Assembly (NCBI RefSeq): GCF_009914755.1
Contig: NC_060930.1
Length of the DNA: 64,000 nt
From: the human T2T-CHM13v2.0 reference genome, Homo sapiens
Reading direction: 5' to 3' (one strand)
A model generated the notes under the pieces. It saw only the letters and a list, made by a program, of their open reading frames with translations, made no database searches and had not been told where the DNA came from. This document shows, in pieces, positions 1 through 14,892 of the stretch (its first letter is position 1; each line of letters opens with the position of its first letter). The translations under genes were made by a program, and so were the position numbers.

Positions 1-1999
1 CTCATTCTCTGTCACACATGGGAGTTAGAAAAGATGAAGCATATTTTGCAATGGGGAACAATTTTCCAAATTGTGAATGATTTGCACCCAAGTAGGTGAG
101 TGAATATAAGTTTGAAGCACCCTTGATGACTTCCAGTCCAGGCAACTCTCCTTTCCTTTCCTTCACAGGGACCATAACTGAATACAAATCTGCAAATCTA
201 GTCACATAGGCAGATGTATTCTCTCTTGTAGTTATCTTGTTTCTAGATGCTGTTGCCTAGGTGAAGAATGAATTGAAATTTAGAAAATATTTTTTCTTTA
301 GGAAAAAAATGTTGCCAATTGTGGGTAGTCATAAATCAAATAACACTACAAGGTACATTAAGTTCATCATGAATTAAGCTGACTTTATGTCCTGATGAAA
401 AACCTCATCACTATGTATAAAATTATTTTTGTGAAAAAAATATATTCCATTTTTAGTTACCCTCCTTACAGATGAACTTGGGTGTCTCAACTCATTTGTA
501 ATATGTAGACTGATAATAGAAATTTCAAACCTTTTCCACCCTTGACAACCATAACTTGTTATAGTTTTTAACTAGGTTACTGAAGAACTGCATCAAGTGT
601 TGCACAGCCTGTAGGTGACAAAGTTGTCATGTATGTCTTTTCCTTTAGTATCTAAAATAAAATAATGTTTAGAGAAAAGAATGTCTTGAGGTTATGTGTA
701 TTGCTCAGACACAGTGGAAAGAAGGATTTAGGTTTTATATATTTATGTATAGTTTTGATTGACTATTGGATAAATGAATGAATGAATGATGCTGTGCTTT
801 CAATTATCATTTCCTATGAGGTGCATTTCGTAGTAAGAAAGAAGAACCAGACAGCTGATGCAGTCCAATACTGATTGCTCCACTATTCTACAAATCTGGA
901 ACCCTATTAGGCCCCCATCTTTTTTTCCAACTCAAGAGAAAGGGAAGTTACGAAAATGGGGAAGAGCCTCAGGATATGAACATAAGAATAAGAAATGAGA
1001 GCTTAGTTTACTTTTGCTTCACTTTCAACAGTTACTGTTTACTGTGTCTGCTTCAAACCTTTAATCACTCAAAAAACAGATAAGCCTTTATCTGCTCATG
1101 GATACTTTTGCTGAACAATACAGAGAGTAATTCATAGCAAATTTTGTGTATTCAGAGGGATTATATGCAAATTTATCTATATTTTCTCCTCAAAATGGGG
1201 CAAAGGAAACATAGCAGTAAATGGGATCAATTATGGCAGAATGATGGCAGAATTTATTAATAGTCTGAGGACTATCATCAAGTCAACCTGCTATTCAGAG
1301 GAAATATGAAAAATTCATTAGAATGTTACAAAACATATTGTAGACGCAGTGTTTACAAGCAGGATACACTGAATAGACAATTACATAATAAAGAGTTAGT
1401 CTTGATCCCTGCTTCCAGGGGATGCAACATGATTTGACTTTCACCAATTTCAGTTTTGGAAATAAAATTACTGGCATCGTAGTAATTGTGAATGTGTTAA
1501 AGTGGGTAGAGATAATACAAAAGCAGTATGCCACATTGCAGGAAATACTGAAAATCTAACAAATTAATAAAAGTTAATAAGGCATGAAGTGATAGATCTA
1601 TGAATATAGACGTCATCTTCCCTGAAAGTTGTTCTTTATAATGGAGAAAACATTTTCAATATTTCCATATAAAATCGACCTTTATTCATCTCCTTGTGGT
1701 ATCATATACCTGCCAAGTATAGGGTTATAACTGTGTCAGTATGACATTTTATTTACAATTAATCTCAATGAGTATAAGGAAATGAAAGACATTATGACAA
1801 AATGAGCTTCTCAAGGTACAAGCACACCCATTTATAAGTAATTTTTCTACATTATTTACTGTTGAACTCTTTCAAGTCAAAAATAGATCATGTTACTTTT
1901 GAAATGTCATTGAAGAAAAAAGACTTCCTATTCGTTTTCCTTTCTTAATTTAGTTTTAAATAATGACTACTAAAGCTGGATAAATATCCATAGCAAATG

Positions 2000-2520
2000 T
2001 AGATGTCCCCTATAGTATAGTAATTGCCTTCCTAAGTAGATACCCAGAAGAATCTCCTCCATAAGTACAAGAGGGAACATTTATTAATTAAAGAATATTC
2101 CATCACTGTTTGTAATACCAAACTCTTTAATGCTCATGAATTAGAGGGCTGAGTAAACTGTATTACTTTTATCAGATGAAATACTATCCAGTAGTTAAAT
2201 TACAGTGATATATAGCAATATGGTTCAAAAGTGAAAAAAAAAGATTACATACAATATGCAACCCATTTTATAGAATTAAAAATAATAAAAATGAAAATAT
2301 ATGTCTGTGGATGCATATACATGTGATAAGCTCTATAAAAGAGACATGTAGGAAGGCATGGGATGTTTCAGGATAATGTTAACAAGTTAGCAGAAGGCAG
2401 GGGAACAGATTAGCCAAGATCAACCATATATTAGGTGTAAGTTATTGTGTAAGATTTCCTAAGTTTTGTTTTGGATTTGTACATGATTGTTTCACTATAA
2501 AAAGAAAACTAATACACGTA
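2000..2520 (+). mobile_element. Old L1 (L1ME-type) 3' fragment
   Basis: Degenerate match to the L1 ORF2 end and 3'UTR (taattgccttcctaagtagatacccagaag...gaaatactatccagtagttaaa). Boundaries are approximate. Confidence 0.55.
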
Positions 2521-5500
2521 ATAAAGAATGGAAGGAAGGAGAGAAAGAAGGGAGAAAGGGAGGAGAGAATACTATGAATGGACCAACAATGAAAGTGTAT
2601 CATGACCCAAGAATCATGATTAATCCAATTCTGCATCTGCAGAACAAAAACAAAACATAAAAAGCAACATACAAGGCTATTTTTTGTGAAAAGATACTGG
2701 ACTCAATTCTTTACCATTTGCAATTGTGCATTAGGCTAAGCCTGATTTGCATTAAGTATAATTGTCTTATTCAATAATTTATATTAAGAAATAGGCAACT
2801 CAGATACTTTGGCCACAGTTCAGGGTCACTAGCTGGCCTTTGAAGTGGTCATAGCCATTATTACCCTATGTAATCTGAAATAAGTGAGCAAATAATTTGT
2901 TTAAGCATACATAGGCAAAATTACCTTCCATCAGAACCTCACGTGGGAGCTAATTGGGGATAAATAAATATATCCTTCAGTTAATACAGAATAGCTTTGA
3001 AGCACTTTTATAAAGCAAACATTAATTCTATTATAACTTCTATTTTAAATTAGGTATTGCTTTCTCCTTGGGAAGAAATATTAACCAACATGCAATCAGA
3101 TATTTGGAAACCCTACAAATCTTCTAACATTTTACATTTAAAATGTATCAACTTTCTGATAACACACTCATAAGTATTCCCTAAACAGTAACAATGAAAG
3201 TGATCTATTCTTGCTGCTCAAAAAAGTGGGAAAATATAGGATATATAAGAAACAAGATAGAAATACTCAAACTTAAATTCTCAGCCTCCAGTTTAGCAAA
3301 TTTAACTTGCTATCTATAGAAGATTATTTTACTTTTCCTGTGTTATGTCAGTCACCTTAGAGACTACTTTCCAGACACCATAACTGATACCCCTTGTCAT
3401 ACTGTTTGTAGATCATAAGAAACATCATATAAAAGTAACTGATAAGCTCAGCACTATCCTACCATTGGAAAGTAAAATCCCAGAATGTTCTCAGAAATGT
3501 CTTTGTTTGTTTGTTTCTTTTTTTGTCTTGTTTTCAACCATCTAAATGTATATACTGGTTTACTGATTTGTCTATTCAATTGATGTCTATATCTGCCTAA
3601 GGCCCTACCAGCACAGTAAAATGTTATTGTTAATTATATCAAGGTGCTAGTTATTGCTTGATATTATTAGATACCTGAATGTATCTGCAATGTCTTGAGT
3701 AATTCTGCCTAGACTCTCCAGGTGATCCAGGTATTACTGACAAGATGGTAATACAAGATACCTAAATGAATTGAATTGAGTTTACAACCCAAGGTTAATA
3801 TTTCGTGAGAAACATGTATGAGCTGTTTCCCTACGTTCTTTAGAATACATAGAGAGTAGATTATCAAAACCAAGACATTTTCAGAGGGCATTGCTTTTGT
3901 CCTGAGTACTTCTGCACCTCACATACACCCAGTCCCCAAGTCTTCCATTTACTCAATTAAGGGGCACCATCTGTATGAAACAGTCCCACATTAAGGTCAA
4001 TCACCCCCTTCCCCTTGACCACATTATTCTCTCTGGTTTTTATCATAGTGTCTGTATGTCTACATTCCACTGACAAAGACAGTGGCAAGTATTTTTATCT
4101 TATGTTTCCAGTTCCCCAACTCAGGATAAGGGTAGTGATTGCAGTGATTGGTCATTTGTACCCTAAACACATTTGATGAGCTTTCCTTGAGAAAATCACA
4201 TAGGAAGACCTAATTTAGCCATAACACTGAAACTCTTCTGTTCTTCTAATTACTGCACTCTCATTTCTATAAGATCTCTCTCAAACCATTTATTTCCTCA
4301 GACCTATAACCTCTCATTTCCTCTCTTGGCAGATAACCTTGTCCTGTACTTTACATAGAAATTAGGACAAACAGGAATTCTCTTAACTTCCTGCTAGCAA
4401 ACATAAACCTTACCATCTGCCATCATTTTCTCTTCTTTACCAAGTTTACAATACTCGTTGAAGTATCTGTGTTTTGGATCATGTATTCTCTTATGTTCAC
4501 AAGAAACATGGCTGATATGCCTCTGTTCTTTATCTTTAAATTTCCCTAACTTTCCATACCCCAAACAAACCTTCCTGAATCCCTTATCTTTCTCCAACTA
4601 ACATTCTTTTTCTCATCACAATTAAATAGTTATCTACAATGTCTACTATTATTTCCCTGCCATCCCAATTCTTCCTAATTCATGGCAACAATTATTAGCT
4701 TTCTGATAGGGTTCTTGTGATGATGAAATTAGATAATCAGGTAAATATCACAAATATTATTATTACTCACTTATTGCTCATTTGGGAGCATTCAACAGTT
4801 TGATCACTCTCCTCTTGAAACACTCTGAATTTTGGATACCATGATCCATGCACCCTGTATTGTTTCCCTGCCTCTCTGACATCTCTTTATCCTTATCTCT
4901 TGTTAACTTCACCTACTTCACACGATTCACTGTAAAGTTTCTCAGGAGTGTGTTCTCAGGCCTTCTTTAGCTTTATATGCTCTATTCCAATGTGAAATGA
5001 TTTATTCTTGTGGTTTCGGTGACCATAATTTTACTGTATGGGTCACAGTACCCAGGTGCAAACAACTGTATGCAGACCAACTTACACAGAAAATGAATTT
5101 ATTCAGACTATTAGAAAGCTTACAAAATCTCAAGGAGACTCAGAGCCAGGCTAAAGGCTAATTACAGAAACAGTGCTTATGCTGGGAAAATGTGCTAGTG
5201 AAAATATTACTGCCGCCTCTGAAGAACGGGAGGCTTCTACCACTATTCTTTCCCCCCATATAGAACAGGTTTCTTGCTTGTCTTGTTTATGCATTCATGT
5301 CTCTTAAAGTCATATCTGATTGTTGGAACTTAGGTCATATATCTGTTCTTATTAAAACTGTAAGCAACCTACAAATGTGAGTTTTCTGAATTCTAGTCAG
5401 GAAAAACAGGACTCATAGTTTGAAAGATTATAGAAAATAGAATTCTCCAAAATATTAGGTGACAAGAAATGGCACAGGTCCACCTCTACAGCTAATGTTA

Positions 5501-5985
5501 GCTGCCTGACATTAATGTATATACTTCTGCTAAATTTAATCCTCCAAATAGCAAAATGCTCACACCTATCCTAATGTGACTATCCATAAACAAGTATATC
5601 TTCATGATCTCAAAAAGGGGGAGTTTTATCAATCACAGTATCTGTGGTAGGACCAGTGAATTTCATGACAGTTGAAATTGAATTCTGTTCATACTGGACC
5701 CTCTTCCCTATTGCAATAAGTTATCACTAATTAAAATTTGTCCTTAACACTTTAGTGTCTGGTTTTGTTATCCTTGACAGAAATATCTGCTCATGCTACT
5801 TGTACTTCAGGACCTGCTTGAGGTCAAACCTGTATTTATAACATTTCTAATGGATGGATCATTTCTGGACCCAACCAATTGTATAGCTTGGAGTATTAGG
5901 TAACACCAAGTCCATGAGCATAAGCTCAGGTCATTTGGTGCTCTATCATCAGTTGTTTAGTGACTCCTAGCAGATCGTTTCTGCC

Positions 5986-6007
5986 AAAAAAAAAAAAAAA
6001 AAAAAAA
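5986..6007. repeat. A22 mononucleotide run
   Basis: 22 consecutive A with no adjacent Alu or L1 body. Confidence 0.95.
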
Positions 6008-6254
6008 CCACAAACTTTTAATCAAAACAATAGTTACTTGCCATGAACTTTGCCTTAAAACATTAGGTACCTACAGCATGACTCTCCTATTAAGGCTCGA
6101 CACGGGCTTTATACAGTATTGTCTTCTGCGACAGATACTTTGGAAATGATTGGATTTACTGTTATAAAGCACATTGCAGAATTGCTTTCATGGAGTGTTG
6201 TCCAGCCTAAAGATTTTCTCTTGCTAAGCAGACATTTAAAAATGTCATGCTTTT

Positions 6255-6714
<460 letters not shown>

Positions 6715-6758
6715 CTATATTACAGGATATTCTGAAACTTCAAAATGGCAGGGCCCTG

Positions 6759-6958
6759 TGTGAAGCAATTTCATTATTTTCTGGTCACCAACGTGTCTGA
6801 GTCTGGTGAAACAGAACATATTCATACTCAACAAGTTACATGAAGTGAATATTACTTACAGATAGGCAAAAAGAGACAACAGAAGCCTAGGATTCATTGA
6901 GAGCCAATCCCCAAGTCTCAGAAAGTTGCCCAGGGCAGATGGAGTCTTGACTGCACTT
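6759..6958. mobile_element. ERVL LTR fragment (MER70-like) inside the MLT1 internal region
   Basis: tgtgaagca...gtctgagtctggtgaaacagaaca...caagttacatgaag..ttattacttacagataggca resembles an ERVL LTR end as I recall it. Family name is uncertain. Confidence 0.45.
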
Positions 6959-7574
6959 GAATATAGCTATATCTATTAACATCTACATTCTAATCTTCTG
7001 GGTCTTTTCAGGGAACCATTTAGGGAATAGAGTCACTCCAACTTTGCAATAATTCATTAATTTATCTTCTTTAATTCAAAAGATTTTATGGCACCTTTCA
7101 TTCATTCAGCACAGGTCACCTTTGTGCATAAGTTTCAGTCAACTAACTGAGCAACCAATTAAAATATCTGACTGATTCTGGCTATTAAATTATAGGCAAT
7201 AAGAGGTAACGAGAAGGGACAAACAAGAAATTTGCTTTCCTTGCAAAGTACTTATCTTAGGGATATCGAGGCAAGGCATTACTAGCCTAAATGGACTGGA
7301 AAATAGGTGCTGTTTTGCTGGCAAGACACTCCATGAGTGTTTGGGGTTCTATCAGATTTTCCCCCTTTTGATTCTGGTGTCTCATTCTTTTTCATTCAAT
7401 ATGCTGTTATTTAAAAATCTGATAAAGATATGAATTCAACTTAAGTTGAAATTCAGCAACCCAGAGCATCAGATAGGATGCTTGGTTATGTTAATACTGT
7501 TGTTGCAACAAAATATACTTTTGGCACAGACATAGTAAGATCCCGATTCTCTTACTACACCTTGAGCCAAGACT

Positions 7575-7658
7575 TTAAATTTTAACCTTACCATTTTTTG
7601 TCATTAAGCTCTCCAGTGCAGCTGGAAGCAACCAGCCTTCCTCCTCTTTGTAATCCTT
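7575..7658 (-). pseudogene. ERVL/MaLR gag-like remnant (KDYKEEEGWLLPAALESLMTKNGKVKI*)
   Basis: Manual translation. It resembles the ERVL gag segment K-D-x-x-x-G-W-L-L-L-x-A-L-E-S-L and lies just inside the 5' LTR. Confidence 0.55.
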
Positions 7659-8450
7659 AGTACTTCCTCTCATTCTGTATCAATAGCTACAAGGTTTGTT
7701 TATTTTTTTTAACTCTTGACTTCAATAGCCATTCCATTTTACAGGATAATTTAAGTAACTGTTTAACATGCAATGTTATTAACCACCAGAGTTCCCAGTT
7801 CTGTACTAACTAGATCTTCAATGCCTTCATTCGCAACCTGTTTAAATAAACTATTCAGTGTTCTATTTATTTGAGAGCCTATTGCCTCTCTTGAGGCCAA
7901 ATATTACATTGGTCGGCGTTCTTAGTTGCAAACATGGGAAAACATTCTGGCTTATTTAAGGAGAAAATGGAATTTTAAAGCGGTGTTATATAACTTATAC
8001 ACATTTAAGGAAGAACTGGAGGGCAAGATTTTGAAGCTACCCTCCCAAAATCAATGACAATACAATACACCACATGGGCTACTCTGGAAAAGATACTATG
8101 ACCATGCCACTTGGAACAGATTCCTCTTAGGATTGGTTGCCTGATCTTCTGCTCCCTACCTCCCCCACCCACAAACCTACACAGAAAAAAAAAATACCTC
8201 TGTCATTACATGTATTGGACATGTGTATTCGCCTTTAAGTGGTCACCTCTTCATAGCACTAACTTTTTAATGTGAATTTCAAGTGGATTCAACTGACTAC
8301 AGAAATCTAAGTCACATGCCTTCTCCTAAAACTTTAAGGGGAGTCTGGCATATTACTATCCTGGCCTTTACCTTGGGAAGACTGACTAAATGATGAATGT
8401 CCGCTGCATAGGACATATCTTAAAGACACCTAAATTAATACCATCAATCC

Positions 8451-8865
8451 TGTGATAGATATTACTAGCACTCACCAAAATTTCTGCATCTTTTCTTCTA
8501 CCTAAATAATAATGAGAAACTACTAATTCCCTGTAGAAATCAGTAGAGGCCATATAATTTACCTTGGCTGATGGAATGTAAATGGAAGTGACAAGTGTCA
8601 CTTTAGGACAGAAACATTTTTGAGCTTATAAGCCTTTGCACACATTCTCTTGGCCTGCTGTGGTAAACAGTGAAGCCTCAAATAGAGACAAAAACATCAC
8701 AACATGGGAAGGCATCAGTCAGTCCAGGTGCCTGAATAATAACTTGAGTGAAAAAGCTCCCTTCCTTACCTGCAATGGACATACAGCAAAAGCAAGACAT
8801 AAACCTTTTTGTTCTAACTTGTTGAAATGTTTTTGTGACATATCTAGCTCATGCTGACTGACAAA
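8451..8865 (+). mobile_element. MLT1J-like solo LTR
   Basis: tgtgatagat start, atggaatgtaaatggaagtgacaagtgtcactt, caatggacatacagcaaaagcaagacataaacctt, and tgactgaca end. Confidence 0.75.
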
Positions 8866-9403
8866 ACCCAGAGCTGTCTTCTCACTATACATTTTATACT
8901 GTATATACCTAATAGTTTGCAAGGCAGGATGCTGGGCTGTCACACAAGCACTCCAAACTCAACATGTCCAAAAATGAACTCATGAACTTTTCCTAAACTA
9001 TTCTTCCTGCAGTGTTTTCTGCTTCAGTGCGTTAGCCAACAGCCATGTGTCTATTTAATCTAAAAACTTAAGTATCTTTCCTGATTCTCTTCCAGTTTCC
9101 ACCACCTCTCCTTTCTACTGCTCAGGCATGTTTTTTACATCTCTGCTTAATATTATTGCCCTAGGAAACATACCTTCATTCCTTGATCTTCCAAACCTGT
9201 TATATTCTCCTAAAGAAGTTCATACTTAATGGTCACTCTTGTCCTCTTCTTGTTATAACTTCTGTGGGGTCCATCATCCCAGGACAATCTTTAAATTCTA
9301 TGATGAAAAAACAGTGACTTCTTTACCATAGTTTTGTCAATTCCAGCATATATAGGTCATCAGTACTTTTTTTAATGAAGGTTTGAAATTAAGAAAATAA
9401 ATG

Positions 9404-9730
<327 letters not shown>

Positions 9731-11282
9731 CTAAAATGGCTCCTAGAAGATACTTTCACATACTTATCTTACTTCTAGTTTTTTGCTCTGCTCAACTTAA
9801 GTCCTTGTTCAGACCTTTTCCTTTTAAAAGGGTAGATTTTGAAAGTATCCTGTTCACTGCATACACCATGTTATCTGCCCATCTGTTCTACATTTTGTTT
9901 CATTTGTTCTACTTATATACGCCTACTGTTTGCATGAAATTATTTTAATGTCAATCTTCTTTACTATTTGGAAAACAAGAGTTTATTTCTCATACCCCAT
10001 GCTGGCACAGAATAATGACACATTTTTTTGGATTAAAGTATTTTCAGGAAATATCCTCCACAATCTGAGAAGGTGGAGAAGAAAAGAAAAAAATTTGATA
10101 TTTTGATATTTTTCCTCTAAATTGAAAGAAATTCTGTTTTGGAATAAAAATATGGCTTGATTCATTCTAACTCTTACATCTAGAAAGCATTTCAGTGCAT
10201 TTTAATACTTGAGTATTTAATTTAATACTAGATTTTAAATAACATCTTTGAAAATTGTTTTTAGTGTTTAATATGACTGATAATATACGGTTAACAAAAA
10301 TTCTGTTGTTTAAATCTTTTCCAGTTATGTAATCTTGTAATAAAACAACCCTAGTAATGAACTAGAAAGTAGAATAGAATTTTTTCATATGTTTTTCTTT
10401 TTTGGTTCAAATGTATCTAAAGCATAATACATTGGTGGGATATAAGAGAGAATGTTTAAAATCCCATCCAAAGAGTAATTTTTGACTTTTCCAGGATATT
10501 TGGTCTCTAATCAATAAATCATGCACTGAGGGGTTTTTTAATGAGACCATGTGTGGGATAGATAGCAGCAACTTGGCAGGTCCCACAGATAATTCTTAAT
10601 AGTGAATCCACATTCTTCATAGATCTCTCCTAACTTCATCAAGGTGTTTCTCTGAAGGGTGCATGGGAGCTGTCATAATATATTTTCCCACACTATGTTG
10701 AAGAACTGGGGAAACTGGTAAAAAATGAAAATTTGGGGGATATTAACAGATTTTCCCTTGAAGCCGCCTGCATATTATTCAGAGAAAAAAAAACATATTT
10801 GGTAAACAGCAAGAAAGGTAACTTAAAAAGCAGTTGCAGTGTGGTGTTATGGTATATTTTTAAAAAGCAACTTTGGTATAATAAAATAAGATCTGCAATG
10901 AACATTTTTTTTTTACATGAAGAGAAAAGACATAACTTTTAGGGGCAAATATATAAGTCAGAAGTTATTTGGATCTTTTTTGAGGACATCACAATATGTT
11001 TACCATCATGCCTAGGTTAAAGATCCTTTTAACAATTTTCTCCAAGCAGAGAGATTTGCAATCTGGTAGGCTCCAGGGTATTCTACCTATAATCTGAAAG
11101 CTCTTTTAAATTCTCTCTTCTAGTGAAAGAAATGTAAAATCTCCTCAGTACATCTGCTTTGCTTATTGCAGTTCATACCCCAGGAAAATCCATTTTATAT
11201 TTCTTTTGGGAGTTATTAGGTATATATTACTATGTCCAAGGAGACATAAGCTCCTCTAGACATGGATATAAGCTTCAATATC

Positions 11283-11829
11283 TGTATTAACCATTTGTCT
11301 CTGATGTTTTGACATCTGGGGCCTTGTTCACTCTGAAGAGACTACCCCTCCTAGAGCTTACCAATTCCTAGAGGTAGTGAGTGACTGGGCTGCAAGCATA
11401 ACTTTCACATGCAAACCAATCAATCCAGAGGCCATACCCCAAACATCCCTTTTCTAGAGCTTTCGCAGGGCTTACACTATGGACCTCTATCCACCTACAC
11501 TGACCAGATACCAGATAACTAGAGACAAATCCTGTATCTCAGAGCCCCCTGAAATTACTCAAACTAGCCAGTCATTATATTGATTACCCTGCCTTGCCCA
11601 TTTCTTCTGGGAGAAACCACAATAAAGGCTATTGCCCATGTTTTCCCCTGCTGCGTTTGCCTCTGCACTGACCCTGTGCACATGTGCCACTCCCCTCCTC
11701 ATTGTGTGTCATGCCCTCTCATTTCTGGGGGTCTGTGAGCTTAAATAAGCCACCTTTTGATTGGCAATTGTCTCCTGAAGTGTTGGCCTCACCATACCTT
11801 AATAACATTAATACCTACTTTTTAAAACA
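11283..11829 (+). mobile_element. MER74-like ERVL solo LTR
   Basis: TG...CA termini (tgtattaacc...ttttaaaaca), internal AATAAA, and a perfect 5-bp TSD ATATC at 11278-11282 and 11830-11834. Confidence 0.85.
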
Positions 11830-11930
11830 ATATCCAAAGTTAGATGATATTCAAGGAATACTACGAGTTATTCTTTTGGTCAGAGTAGTCATTTCCTTTC
11901 TAGGTGATTTAAAAGATGCCAACAAGTTTT

Positions 11931-14892
11931 ATTTTGCTTTGTGTTTTCCAACTTTTATTTTAGGTATGGGGGATACATATGTATGTTTGTTACATGGATA
12001 AATTGTGTGTTGCTGGGGTTTGATATACAAACAATTTTCTTACCCAGGTAGTGAGCTTAGTACTCAATAGGTAGTTTTTCAAAATTCACCCTACTCCTAG
12101 CCTTATCCTTCAAGTAGGTTCCAGTGTCTGTTGTTCTCATCTTTGCATCCATGGGAACTCAAAGTTGAGCTTCCACTTATAAATGAGAACATGTGGTATT
12201 AAGTTTTCTGTTCCTGCATTAATTTGCTTAGGATAATGGCCTCCAGCTCCATTCATGTTGCTGCAGATCACATGATTTTATTTTTTATGGCTGTGTAGTA
12301 TTCCATGGTGTATATGTACCACATGTTCTTTATCCAGTTTACCACTGATGGGCATCCAGGTTGACTCCATGTCTTTGCTATTGTGAATAGTGCTGTGATT
12401 AACATATGGGTGCATGTGTCTTTTTTATATAATGAATGAATATAATGATATATTTCCTTTGGGTATATACCCAATAATGGGATTGCTCATTCTAATGGTA
12501 GTTTTGTTTTAAGTTCTTTAAGAAACCTCCAAACTCCTTTCCACAGTGGCTGAACTAATTTACATTTCCACTAGGAGTGTATAAGTGTTTCTTTTTCTCT
12601 TCAAACTCATCAATAGCTGTTATTTTTTGACTTTTTAATAATAGCCTTTCTGACTGGTATGAGATGGTATCTCATTGTGACTTTTATTTGCATTTCTCTA
12701 TTAGTGACATTGAGCATTTTTTCATATGCTTGTTGGCCATGTGTATGTCTTCTTTCTTGCTGTTGGTGTTTTAGTTGTTGTTGTTTTGTTTTGTTTTGTT
12801 TTTGGTGGAAGTGCCAGGGATATGTCTTCCTTTAAGAAGTGTCTGTTCATGTCTTTTGCCCATTTTTTTATTGGATTGTTTGTTTTTGCATGTTGATTTA
12901 ACTTCCTTGTAGATTTTGGATAGTAGTCTATCGTTGGATGCATAGTTTATGAATATTTTTTCCCATTCTGTAAATTATCTGTTTACTCTGTAGATAGATT
13001 CTTTAGTTTAGTTAGGTCCCATTTATCTATTTTTGTGTTTGTTGCAATTGCATTTGGAGACTTGATCATGAAATATTTGCCAAAGCATATGTAGAGAAAG
13101 TTATTCCCTAGGTTTTCTTCTAGAGATTTTATAGTTTTAGGTTTTACATTTAAGTCTTTGTCTATTTTGAGTTAATTTTTTTTATATAATAAAAGGGTTC
13201 AGCTTCAATCTTTTACATATGGCTAGCCAGTTATCCAAGCATCATTTATTGAATAGGGAGTCCTTTTCCCATGATATATTATTGTCAACTTTGTTGAAGA
13301 TCAAATGATTGTAGGTGTGTGGCTTTATTTTTGGGTTCACTAACCTTTTCCATTGATCTATGTGTCTGTTTTTGTACCAGTACAATGCTGTTTTGGTTAC
13401 TGTTGCCTTGAAGTATAGTTTGAAGTCAGATAGGGTGATACCTCCAGCTTTGTTCTTTTAGATTAGGATTTCTTTGGTTTTGGGGGCTCTCATTTGATTC
13501 TTTGTGAATTTTAGAATATATTTGCCTAATTCTGTGAAAAATGGCATTGGTAATTTGATAGGAATTGCATTAAGTCTGTTAATTGCTTTGAGTGGTATGA
13601 TCATTTTAACAATGTTGATTTCTCCTATCCATGAGCATGAAATGTTTTTTTTCTATTTGTTTCTGTCATCTCTGATTTCTTTCAGCAGTGTTTTGTAATT
13701 CTCATTGTAGAGATCTTTTACCTCTCCGGTTAGCTGAATTTTTATGTATTTTATTACTTTTGTGGCTCTTGTGAATAGGATTGCATTCTTGGATACCATT
13801 TGTTTATAGAAATGCTACTAATTTTTTTACATTGATTTTGTATCCTGAAGCTTTACTGAAGTTGTTCATCACTTCTAGCACCCTGTGAACAGAAAGTACG
13901 GGGTTTACTAGGTATAAAATCAAAACAGAAAATCCAAGTAAACCCAATCAGAAATGACAAAAGGGACATTACCATTGACTTCACAGAAATACAAAAAAAC
14001 TCTGAGACTACTATGAACACCTCTATACACACAAACTAAAAACCTAGAAAATTGGATAAATTCCTGGAAACATCCAAACCTCCCAAGAGTGAACCAGGAA
14101 GAAATCAAAATCCTTAATAGACCAATAATTAATTTCAAAATTGAATCAGCAACAAAAAGCCTACCAATATCAATCAGAAAAAAGCCCTGTACCAGATGAA
14201 TTCATGGCCAAATTACACCAGACATACAAAGAAGAGCTGGTACCAATCCCACCGAAATTATGCCAAAAAATCTAGGAAGAGGGGACACTTCCCTAATTCA
14301 CTCTATGAAGCCAGCATCATTCTGGTACCTAAACTTGGCAGAGACACAATGAAAAATAAAACTTCAGACCAATAAACCAATACTCCTGATGAACACGATG
14401 CAAAAATCTCCAACAAAATACTAGCAAACCAAATCTAGCAGCACATCAAAAAGCTAATCCACCATGATGAAGTAGGCTTTATTTCTGGGATACAAGGTTT
14501 GTTCAACAGATGCAAATCAATAAATGTGATTCATCACATAAATATAACTAAAAACAAAAACCACATGGTCATCTGAATAGATGCATAAAAGGATTTTGAT
14601 AAAATATAACATTGTTTTTTGTTAAACACTCTCAACAGACTAGGTAACATAAGTTTGAAGGAATATACCTCAAAATAATAGCCATCTATGACAAACCCAG
14701 AACCAACATCATACCGAATGGGCAAAAGTTTGAACCTATTTCTCTTCAGAACCAGAACAAGGCAAGGATATCCTCTCTCACCACTCCTATTCATCATAGT
14801 ACTAGAAGTCCTAGCCAGAGCAATCAAGCAAGAAAAAGAAATAAAAGGTATATAAACAGAAAGAGGAAGTCAAACTATATATCTTCACAGAT
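11931..14892 (-). mobile_element. L1PA15/16-like element with a twin-priming 5' inversion (sense part about 11931-13922 on minus, inverted part about 13923-14892 on plus)
   Basis: 3'UTR and ORF2 C-terminus on minus. The plus-strand ORF2 segment runs from the RNDKRDITIDFTEIQK region to the FAD-equivalent codons. Degenerate TSD caacaagtttt (11920-11930) vs caacaggttgt (14893-14903). Confidence 0.88.
12756..12820 (-). pseudogene. Retroposed 18-nt tRNA-Ala 3' fragment with CCA plus A-rich tail, inserted in an L1
   Basis: Minus strand reads TCCCTGGCACTTCCACCA (12820-12803) followed by a 47-nt A-rich tail. TSD tatgtcttcttt (12744-12755) / tatgtcttccttt (12821-12833) duplicates the host L1 sequence. 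Confidence 0.75.
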
